Below are positions 53,683-64,000 of a stretch of 64,000 nucleotides of DNA, in pieces. Below the pieces are notes generated by a model that saw only the letters and a list, made by a program, of their open reading frames with translations, made no database searches and was not told the DNA's origin. Position numbers and translations under genes: made by a program. This DNA comes from the human T2T-CHM13v2.0 reference genome, Homo sapiens, in NCBI RefSeq assembly GCF_009914755.1, contig NC_060930.1; one strand, given 5' to 3'. Each line of letters begins with the position of its first letter. Positions within the stretch are counted from its first letter, which is position 1.

Positions 53683-56233
53683 ACACTCTTTTTGTAGAAA
53701 CTGCAAGTGGATATTTGGACCTCTTTGAGGCCTTCGTTGGAAACGGGATTTCTTCCTATAACCCTAGACAGAAGAATTTTCAGAAACCTCATTGTGATGT
53801 GTGCGTTCATCTCACAGAGTGGAGTCTTCCGTTTGATAGAGAAGTTTTGAAACCCTGTTCTTGTAGGATTTCCAAGTGGATATTTAGACCACTTTGAAGC
53901 CTATGATAGAAAAGGAAACATCTTCATGGAAAACATAGATAGAATCATTCTCAGAAACAACTTTGTGATGTGTGCGTTGAACTCACCGTCTTTAACCTTT
54001 CTTTTGGTAGAGAAGTTTTGAAACACTCTCTTTGTAAAGTCTACAAGTGGATATTTTGAGCCCTTGGAGGCATTCTTTGGAAAAGGGAATGTCTTCACAT
54101 AAAAGGCAGACGGAAGTGTTCTCAGAAACTGCTTTGTGATGTCTGTGTTCAACTCACAGAGTTTAACATTTCCTTTGATAGAGCGGTTTAGTAACCCTCT
54201 CTTTGTAGAATTTGGAAGTGTATACTAAGAGCGCTTTGAGGCCTATGGTAGAAAAGGAAATATCTTTCCATAAAAGCTAGACAGAAGCAATCTCAGAAAC
54301 TCCTTTGTGATGTCTGCATTCAACTCACCGAGTGGAACATTCCTCTTGATAGAGCAGTTTGGAAACACTCTTTCTGTAGAATCAGCTTGTTTGTATTTGG
54401 ACCTCCTTGAGGCCTTCGTTGGAAATGGGTTTTCATCTTATAAACCCAGACAGAAGAATTCTCAGAGTCTTCTTTGTGATGTGTGCTTTCAACTCACCGA
54501 GATAAAGATTTCTCTTGATAGAGCAATTTGGAAACACTCTTTTTGTAGAATTTGCAAGGGTACATTGAGAGCGCTTTCAGGCCTATGGTAGAAAAGGGAA
54601 TATCTTTCCATAAAAGGTAGACAGAAGCAATCTCAGAAACTACTTTGTGATGTGTGCATTCAACTCACCGAGTGCAACGTTCCTCTTGACCGAGCAGTTT
54701 GGAAACATTGTTTCTGTAGAATCTGCAAGTGGATATTTGGACCTCTTTGAGGCCTTCGTTGGAAACGGGATTTCTTCCTATAAACCCAGACAGAAGAATT
54801 CTCAGAGACTTCTTTGTGATGTGTGAATTCAACTCACAGTGTGGATCCTTCCTTTTGATAGAGCAGTTTTGAAACCCTGTTTTTGTAGTATTTCCAAGCG
54901 GATATTTGGAACGCCTTGAAGCGTATGGTAGAAAAGGAAATATCTTCCCATAAAACCTAGACAGAACCAATCTCAGAAACGACTTTGTGATGTCTGCATT
55001 CAAGTCACAGAGTTGAACATTTCTCTTGATAGAGCAGTTTTGAAACCCTCTTTCTGAAGGATCTGCAAGTGGATATTTGGAACTCCTTTGGGTCTTCGTT
55101 GGAAACGGGATTTCTTCGTATAAATCTAGACAGAAGAATTCTCAGAAACTTCCTTGTGATGTGTGCATTCAACTCAGCGAGTGGCACCTTCCTTTGGATA
55201 CAGCAGTTTTGAAACACTGTTTTTGTAGTATTTCCAAGCGGATATTTAGAGCGCCTTGAAGCCTATGCTAGAAATGAAAATATCTCCCCATAAAACCAAG
55301 ACAGAAGCAATCTCAGAAACTAATGTGTGATGGCTGCATTCCACACACACGGTGGACCATTTCTCTTGATAGAGCAGTTTTGAAACACTCTTTCTGTAGA
55401 ATCTGCAAGTGGATAATTGGACCTCCGAGAGGCCTTCGTTGGAAACGGGATTTCTTCATCTAAACCTACAGAGAAGTATTCTCAGTAACTTCTTCGGATG
55501 TGTGCATTCGACGCACAGAATGGAACATTCCCTTTGATAGAGCAGTTTTGAGACACCGTTTTTGTAGAATTCCCAAGTGGATATTTAGAGCACTTTGAAG
55601 TCTCTGCTAGAAAAGGAAACATCATCATGTAAAAAGTAGATAGAATCGTTCTCAGAAAGTGCTTAGTGTCGTGTGCGTTCAACTCACAGAGTTTAACGTT
55701 TCTTTTGATAGAGCGTTTCTGAAACACCCTTCTTGTAGTAGCTGCAAGTGGATATTTGGACCTATTGGAGGCCTTCTTTGGAAATGGGATTTCTTCATGT
55801 AACTCTAGATTGAAAAATTCTCAGAAACTCCTTTGTGATGTGTGCATTCAATTCAAAGAGTGAAACCTCTCTTTTCACAGAGCAGTTTTGAAACACTGTT
55901 TTTGTAGGATTTCCAAGGGGATATTTATAGCGCATTGAGCCTACGGCGGAAAAAGAAACATCTTCCTATAAAAACTAGACAGAATACTTCTCAGAATCTG
56001 CTTTGCGATGTGTGCGTTCAACTCACAGAGTAAAACTTTTCTTTTGATAGAGCAGTTTTGAAACACTCTTTTTGTAGTATTTGCATGTGTATATTTAGAG
56101 CGCATTGAAGCCCACAGTAGAAAAGGAAATAACTTCACCTAAAACCTAGACAGAAGCAATCTCAGAAACTACTTTGTGATGTGTACATTCAACTCACAGA
56201 GTGGAACTTTCCTCTTTATAGAGCAGTGTTGAA
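53683..56233 (+). repeat. 15-mer HOR variant U19 (junction within 55123-55143)
   Basis: Spacing 53715->56266 = 2551. Confidence 0.95.
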
Positions 56234-59200
56234 ACACTCTTTTTGTAGAAACTGCAAGTGGATATTTGGACCTCTTTGAGGCCTTCGTTGGAAACGGGAT
56301 TTCTTCCTATAACCCTAGACAGAAGAATTTTCAGAAACCTCATTGTGATGTGTGCATTCATCTCACAGAGTGGAGTCTTCCGTTTGATAGAGAAGTTTTG
56401 AAACCCTGTTCTTGTAGGATTTCCAAGTGGATATTTAGACCACTTTGAAGCCTATGATAGAAAAGGAAACATCTTCATGGAAAACATAGATAGAATCATC
56501 CTCAGAAACAACTTTGTGATGTGTGCGTTGAACTCACCGTCTTTAACCTTTCTTTTGGTAGAGAAGTTTTGAAACACTCTCTTTGTAAAGTCTACAAGTG
56601 GATATTTTGAGCCCTTGGAGGCATTCTTTGGAAAAGGGAATGTCTTCACATAAAAGGCAGACGGAAGTGTTCTCAGAAACTGCTTTGTGATGTCTGTGTT
56701 CAACTCACAGAGTTTAACATTTCCTTTGATAGAGCGGTTTAGTAACCCTCTCTTTGTAGAATTTGGAAGTGTATACTAAGAGCGCTTTGAGGCCTATGGT
56801 AGAAAAGGAAATATCTTTCCATAAAAGCTAGACAGAAGCAATCTCAGAAACTCCTCTGTGATGTCTGCATTCAACTCACCGAGTGGAACATTCCTCTTGA
56901 TAGAGCAGTTTGGAAACACTCTTTCTGTAGAATCAGCTTGTTTGTATTTGGACCTCCTTGAGGCCTTCGTTGGAAACGGGTTTTCATCTTATAAACCCAG
57001 ACAGAAGAATTCTCAGAGTCTTCTTTGTGATGTGTGCTTTCAACTCACCGAGTTAAAGATTTCTCTTGATAGAGCAATTTGGAAACACTCTTTTTGTAGA
57101 ATTTGCAAGGGTACATTGAGAGCGCTTTCAGGCCTATGGTAGAAAAGGGAATATCTTTCCATAAAAGGTAGACAGAAGCAATCTCAGAAACTACTTTGTG
57201 ATGTGTGCATTCAACTCACCGAGTGCAACGTTCCTCTTGACCGAGCAGTTTGGAAACATTGTTTCTGTAGAATCTGCAAGTGGATATTTGGACCTCTTTG
57301 AGGCCTTCGTTGGAAACGGGATTTCTTCCTATAAACCCAGACAGAAGAATTCTCAGAGACTTCTTTGTGATGTGTGAATTCAACTCACAGTGTGGATCCT
57401 TCCTTTTGATAGAGCAGTTTTGAAACCCTGTTTTTGTAGTATTTCCAAGCGGATATTTGGAACGCCTTGAAGCGTATGGTAGAAAAGGAAATATCTTCCC
57501 ATAAAACCTAGACAGAACCAATCTCAGAAACGACTTTGTGATGTCTGCATTCAACTCACAGAGTTGAACATTTCTCTTGATAGAGCAGTTTTGAAACCCT
57601 CTTTCTGAAGGATCTGCAAGTGGATATTTGGAACTCCTTTGGGTCTTCGTTGGAAACGGGATTTCTTCGTATAAATCTAGACAGAAGAATTCTCCGAAAC
57701 TTCTTTGGTTGTGTGCATTCAAGTCACAGAGTGGAACCTTCCTTTGGATAGAGCAGTTTGAAACGCCGTGGTTGTAGTATTTCCAAGCGGATATTAGAGC
57801 GCCTTGAGGCCTATGGTAGAAAAGGAAATATCTTCCCATAAAACCTAGACGGAAGCAATCTCAGAAACTACTGTGTGATGGCTGCATTCCACACACACGG
57901 TGGAACATTTCTCTTGATAGAGCAGTTTTGAAACACTCTTTCTGTAGAATCTGCAAGTGGATAATTGGACCGCCTTGAGGCCTTCGTTGGAAACGGGATT
58001 TCTTCATGTTACTCTAGATAGAAGAATTCTCAAACACTGCTATGTGATGTTTGCATTCAAGTCACAGAGTGCAACATTCCTCTTGGTAGAGCAGTTGGGA
58101 AACACTCCTTTTGTAGAATCTGCAATGGGATATTTGGACTTCTTTGAGGCCTTCGTTGGAAACGGGATTTCTTCGTATGAATCTAGACAGAAGAATTCTC
58201 AGAAACTTCCTTGTGATGTGTGCATTCAACTCAGCGAGTGGCACCTTCCTTTGGATACAGCAGTTTTGAAACACTGTTTTTGTAGTATTTCCAAGCGGAT
58301 ATTTAGAGCGCCTTGAAGCCTATGCTAGAAATGGAAATATCTCCCCATAAAACCAAGACAGAAGCAATCTCAGAAACTAATGTGTGATGGCTGCATTCCA
58401 CACACACGGTGGACCATTTCTCTTGATAGAGCAGTTTTGAAACACTCTTTCTGTAGAATCTGCAAGTGGATAATTGGACCTCCTAGAGGCCTTCGTTGGA
58501 AACGGGATTTCTTCATCTAAACCTACAGAGAAGAATTCTCAGTAACTTCTTCGGATGTGTGCATTCGACGCACAGAATGGAACATTCCCTTTGATAGAGC
58601 AGTTTTGAGACACCGTTTTTGTAGAATTCCCAAGTGGATATTTAGAGCACTTTGAAGTCTCTGCTAGAAAAGGAAACATCTTCATGTAAAAAGTAGATAG
58701 AATCGTTCTCAGAAAGTGCTTAGTGACGTGTGCGTTCAACTCACAGAGTTTAACGTTTCTTTTGATAGAGCGTTTCTGAAACACCCTTCTTGTAGTAGCT
58801 GCAAGTGGATATTTGGACCTATTGGAGGCCTTCTTTGGAAACGGGATTTCTTCATGTAACTCTAGATTGAAGAGTTCTCAGAAACTCCTTTGTGATGTGT
58901 GCATTCAATTCAAAGAGTGAAACCTCCCTTTTCACAGAGCAGTTTTGAAACACTGTTTTTGTAGGATTTCCAAGGGGATATTTATAGCGCATTGAGCCTA
59001 CGGCGGAAAAAGAAACATCTTCCTATAAAAACTAGACAGAATACTTCTCAGAATCTGCTTTGCGATGTGTGCGTTCAACTCACAGAGTAAAACTTTTCTT
59101 TTGATAGAGCAGTTTTGAAACACTCTTTTTGTAGTATTTGCATGTGTATATTTAGAGCGCATTGAAGCCCACAGTAGAAAAGGAAATAACTTCACCTAAA

Positions 59201-62200
59201 ACCTAGACAGAAGCAATCTCAGAAACTACTTTGTGATGTGTACATTCAACTCACAGAGTGGAACTTTCCTCTTTATAGAGCAGTGTTGAAACACTCTTTT
59301 TGTAGAAACTGCAAGTGGATATTTGGACCTCTTTGAGGCCTTCGTTGGAAACGGGATTTCTTCCTATAACCCTAGACAGAAGAATTTTCAGAAACCTCAT
59401 TGTGATGTGTGCGTTCATCTCACAGAGTGGAGTCTTCCGTTTGATAGAGAAGTTTTGAAACCCTGTTCTTGTAGGATTTCCAAGTGGATATTTAGACCAC
59501 TTTGAAGCCTATGATAGAAAAGGAAACATCTTCATGGAATACATAGATAGAATCATCCTCAGAAACAACTTTGTGATGTGTGCGTTGAACTCACCGTCTT
59601 TAACCTTTCTTTTGGTAGAGAAGTTTTGAAACACTCTCTTTGTAAAGTCTACAAGTGGATATTTTGAGCCCTTGGAGGCATTCTTTGGAAAAGGGAATGT
59701 CTTCACATAAAAGGCAGACGGAAGTGTTCTCAGAAACTGCTTTGTGATGTCTGTGTTCAACTCACAGAGTTTAACATTTCCTTTGATAGAGCGGTTTAGT
59801 AACCCTCTCTTTGTAGAATTTGGAAGTGTATACTAAGAGCGCTTTGAGGCCTATGGTAGAAAAGGAAATATCTTTCCATAAAAGCTAGACAGAAGCAATC
59901 TCAGAAACTCCTCTGCGATGTCTGCATTCAACTCACCGAGTGGAACATTCCTCTTGAGAGAGCAGTTTGGAAACACTCTTTCTGTAGAATCAGCTTGTTT
60001 GTATTTGGACCTCCTTGAGGCCTTCGTTGGAAACGGGTTTTCATCTTATAAACCCAGACAGAAGAATTCTCAGAGTCTTCTTTGTGATGTGTGCTTTCAA
60101 CTCACCGAGATAAAGATTTCTCTTGATAGAGCAATTTGGAAACACTCTTTTTGTAGAATTTGCAAGGGTACATTGAGAGCGCTTTCAGGCCTATGGTAGA
60201 AAAGGGAATATCTTTCCATAAAAGGTAGACAGAAGCAATCTCAGAAACTACTTTGTGATGTGTGCATTCAACTCACCGAGTGCAACGTTCCTCTTGACCG
60301 AGCAGTTTGGAAACATTGTTTCTGTAGAATCTGCAAGTGGATATTTGGACCTCTTTGAGGCCTTCGTTGGAAACGGGATTTCTTCCTATAAACCCAGACA
60401 GAAGAATTCTCAGAGACTTCTTTGTGATGTGTGAATTCAACTCACAGTGTGGATCCTTCCTTTTGATAGAGCAGTTTTGAAACCCTGTTTTTGTAGTATT
60501 TCCAAGCGGATATTTGGAACGCCTTGAAGCGTATGGTAGAAAAGGAAATATCTTCCCATAAAACCTAGACAGAACCAATCTCAGAAACGACTTTGTGATG
60601 TCTGCATTCAAGTCACAGAGTTGAACATTTCTCTTGATAGAGCAGTTTTGAAACCCTCTTTCTGAAGGATCTGCAAGTGGATATTTGGAACTCCTTTGGG
60701 TCTTCGTTGGAAACGGGATTTCTTCGTATAAATCTAGACAGAAGAATTCTCCGAAACTTCTTTGGTTGTGTGCATTCAAGTCACAGAGTGGAACCTTCCT
60801 TTGGATAGAGCAGTTTGAAACGCCGTGGTTGTAGTATTTCCAAGCGGATATTAGAGCGCCTTGAGGCCTATGGTAGAAAAGGAAATATCTTCCCATAAAA
60901 CCTAGACGGAAGCAATCTCAGAAACTACTGTGTGATGGCTGCATTCCACACACACGGTGGAACATTTCTCTTGATAGAGCAGTTTTGAAACACTCTTTCT
61001 GTAGAATCTGCAAGTGGATAATTGGACCGCCTTGAGGCCTTCGTTGGAAACGGGATTTCTTCATGTTACTCTAGATAGAAGAATTCTCAAACACTGCTAT
61101 GTGATGTTTGCATTCAAGTCACAGAGTGCAACATTCCTCTTGGTAGAGCAGTTGGGAAACACTCCTTTTGTAGAATCTGCAATGGGATATTTGGACTTCT
61201 TTGAGGCCTTCGTTGGAAACGGGATTTCTTCGTATGAATCTAGACAGAAGAATTCTCAGAAACTTCCTTGTGATGTGTGCATTCAACTCAGCGAGTGGCA
61301 CCTTCCTTTGGATACAGCAGTTTTGAAACACTGTTTTTGTAGTATTTCCAAGCGGATATTTAGAGCGCCTTGAAGCCTATGCTAGAAATGGAAATATCTC
61401 CCCATAAAACCAAGACAGAAGCAATCTCAGAAACTAATGTGTGATGGCTGCATTCCACACACACGGTGGACCATTTCTCTTGATAGAGCAGTTTTGAAAC
61501 ACTCTTTCTGTAGAATCTGCAAGTGGATGATTGGACCTCCTAGAGGCCTTCGTTGGAAACGGGATTTCTTCATCTAAACCTACAGAGAAGAATTCTCAGT
61601 AACTTCTTCGGATGTGTGCATTCGACGCACAGAATGGAACATTCCCTTTGATAGAGCAGTTTTGAGACACCGTTTTTGTAGAATTCCCAAGTGGATATTT
61701 AGAGCACTTTGAAGTCTCTGCTAGAAAAGGAAACATCTTCATGTAAAAAGTAGATAGAATCGTTCTCAGAAAGTGCTTAGTGACGTGTGCGTTCAACTCA
61801 CAGAGTTTAACGTTTCTTTTGATAGAGCGTTTCTGAAACACCCTTCTTGTAGTAGCTGCAAGTGGATATTTGGACCTATTGGAGGCCTTCTTTGGAAACG
61901 GGATTTCTTCATGTAACTCTAGATTGAAGAGTTCTCAGAAACTCCTTTGTGATGTGTGCATTCAATTCAAAGAGTGAAACCTCCCTTTTCACAGAGCAGT
62001 TTTGAAACACTGTTTTTGTAGGATTTCCAAGGGGATATTTATAGCGCATTGAGCCTACGGCGGAAAAAGAAACATCTTCCTATAAAAACTAGACAGAATA
62101 CTTCTCAGAATCTGCTTTGCGATGTGTGCGTTCAACTCACAGAGTAAAACTTTTCTTTTGATAGAGCAGTTTTGAAACACTCTTTTTGTAGTATTTGCAT

Positions 62201-64000
62201 GTGTATATTTAGAGCGCATTGAAGCCCACAGTAGAAAAGGAAATAACTTCACCTAAAACCTAGACAGAAGCAATCTCAGAAACTACTTTGTGATGTGTAC
62301 ATTCAACTCACAGAGTGGAACTTTCCTCTTTATAGAGCAGTGTTGAAACACTCTTTTTGTAGAAACTGCAAGTGGATATTTGGACCTCTTTGAGGCCTTC
62401 GTTGGAAACGGGATTTCTTCCTATAACCCTAGACAGAAGAATTTTCAGAAACCTCATTGTGATGTGTGCGTTCATCTCACAGAGTGGAGTCTTCCGTTTG
62501 ATAGAGAAGTTTTGAAACCCTGTTCTTGTAGGATTTCCAAGTGGATATTTAGACCACTTTGAAGCCTATGATAGAAAAGGAAACATCTTCATGGAAAACA
62601 TAGATAGAATCATCCTCAGAAACAACTTTGTGATGTGTGCGTTGAACTCACCGTCTTTAACCTTTCTTTTGGTAGAGAAGTTTTGAAACACTCTCTTTGT
62701 AAAGTCTACAAGTGGATATTTTGAGCCCTTGGAGGCATTCTTTGGAAAAGGGAATGTCTTCACATAAAAGGCAGACGGAAGTGTTCTCAGAAACTGCTTT
62801 GTGATGTCTGTGTTCAACTCACAGAGTTTAACATTTCCTTTGATAGAGCGGTTTAGTAACCCTCTCTTTGTAGAATTTGGAAGTGTATACTAAGAGCGCT
62901 TTGAGGCCTATGGTAGAAAAGGAAATATCTTTCCATAAAAGCTAGACAGAAGCAATCTCAGAAACTCCTTTGTGATGTCTGCATTCAACTCACCGAGTGG
63001 AACATTCCTCTTGATAGAGCAGTTTGGAAACACTCTTTCTGTAGAATCAGCTTGTTTGTATTTGGACCTCCTTGAGGCCTTCGTTGGAAACGGGTTTTCA
63101 TCTTATAAACCCAGACAGAAGAATTCTCAGAGTCTTCTTTGTGATGTGTGCTTTCAACTCACCGAGATAAAGATTTCTCTTGATAGAGCAATTTGGAAAC
63201 ACTCTTTTTGTAGAATTTGCAAGGGTACATTGAGAGCGCTTTCAGGCCTATGGTAGAAAAGGGAATATCTTTCCATAAAAGGTAGACAGAAGCAATCTCA
63301 GAAACTACTTTGTGATGTGTGCATTCAACTCACCGAGTGCAACGTTCCTCTTGACCGAGCAGTTTGGAAACATTGTTTCTGTAGAATCTGCAAGTGGATA
63401 TTTGGACCTCTTTGAGGCCTTCGTTGGAAACGGGATTTCTTCCTATAAACCCAGACAGAAGAATTCTCAGAGACTTCTTTGTGATGTGTGAATTCAACTC
63501 ACAGTGTGGATCCTTCCTTTTGATAGAGCAGTTTTGAAACCCTGTTTTTGTAGTATTTCCAAGCGGATATTCGGAACGCCTTGAAGCGTATGGTAGAAAA
63601 GGAAATATCTTCCCATAAAACCTAGACAGAACCAATCTCAGAAACGACTTTGTGATGTCTGCATTCAAGTCACAGAGTTGAACATTTCTCTTGATAGAGC
63701 AGTTTTGAAACCCTCTTTCTGAAGGATCTGCAAGTGGATATTTGGAACTCCTTTGGGTCTTCGTTGGAAACGGGATTTCTTCGTATAAATCTAGACAGAA
63801 GAATTCTCCGAAACTTCTTTGGTTGTGTGCATTCAAGTCACAGAGTGGAACCTTCCTTTGGATAGAGCAGTTTGAAACGCCGTGGTTGTAGTATTTCCAA
63901 GCGGATATTAGAGCGCCTTGAGGCCTATGGTAGAAAAGGAAATATCTTCCCATAAAACCTAGACGGAAGCAATCTCAGAAACTACTGTGTGATGGCTGCA
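56234..64000 (+). repeat. Two canonical 18-mer units U20-U21 and partial 18-mer-type unit U22
   Basis: Marker ORF at 56266, 59323 and 62380. U22 retains the segment that 15-mers delete (CTCCGAAACTTCTTTGGTTG at ~63807). Confidence 0.95.

Larger units (their letters stand above)
1..64000 (+). repeat. Centromeric alpha-satellite higher-order repeat array (~170-bp monomers, 3057-bp 18-mer HOR), single orientation
   Basis: Alphoid hallmarks recur every ~170 bp (GATAGAGCAGTTTTGAAACAC, TCTCAGAAACT..TTGTGATGTGTGCATTCAACTCACAGAG, CTTCGTTGGAAACGGGA). The same ORF recurs at 33, 3090, 6147, 8698, ... 62380, giving spacings of 3057 (x15), 2551 (x5) and 3737 (x1) bp. Confidence 0.99.
1..64000 (+). repeat. 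D6Z1: Probable identity: human chromosome 6 live centromeric HOR D6Z1 (S1C6H1L, SF1 dimeric family)
   Basis: An 18-monomer ~3.06-kb unit with one BamHI site (GGATCC at 1161, 4218, ...) and A/B dimer alternation matches my recollection of D6Z1. Not verified by alignment. Confidence 0.85.

Noticed and set aside
6115-56233. A strict super-period in the 18/15-mer order
   Set aside because: The order 18,18,15,18,18,18,15,18,15,18,18,(7+15),15,18x5,15,18,18 has no fixed period.
50-63440. CRISPR-like appearance of the conserved ~29-bp GAGGCCTTCGTTGGAAACGGGATTTCTTC motif
   Set aside because: The motif is the CENP-B box region. The intervening sequences are 140-650+ bp of homologous alphoid monomers rather than unique spacers, and there are no cas genes or leader.
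33-63953. Repeated 60-207 aa ORFs on both strands (e.g. 983..1606, 207 aa)
   Set aside because: They are chance open frames in satellite DNA that recur only because the HOR recurs. They are internally repetitive at the monomer period, overlap on both strands, often use non-ATG starts and show no recognisable domain.
1-64000. L1/Alu insertion, inversion or non-alphoid island
   Set aside because: Unit lengths sum exactly (15x3057 + 5x2551 + 3737 = 62347, plus a partial unit), leaving no room for an insertion. All boxes are on the same strand, and I saw no poly-A tail or target-site duplication.

Overview
The whole 64 kb window is one uninterrupted, single-orientation primate alpha-satellite (alphoid) array. 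It consists of ~170-bp monomers organised as a highly homogeneous higher-order repeat (HOR). The canonical unit is 3057 bp (18 monomers), with one BamHI site, 7 intact and 2 degenerate CENP-B boxes, and mostly alternating A/B monomers. Unit size, monomer count, the single BamHI site and the dimeric organisation best fit the human chromosome 6 live array D6Z1 (S1C6H1L, suprachromosomal family 1); this assignment comes from recall and was not checked against a database. Counting units from position 1 (U1-U22), there are 15 canonical 3057-bp units, 5 units of 2551 bp (15-mer, 506-bp deletion), one 3737-bp composite (1186-bp 7-mer plus a 15-mer) and a final partial unit. I see no genes, RNA genes, transposon insertions or inversions, and the ORF track only reflects the repeat periodicity. 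I found no new coding system. The interest lies in HOR structural variants, their breakpoints (one centred on a CENP-B box), variant-linked SNP haplotypes, recombinant units and CENP-B box losses.
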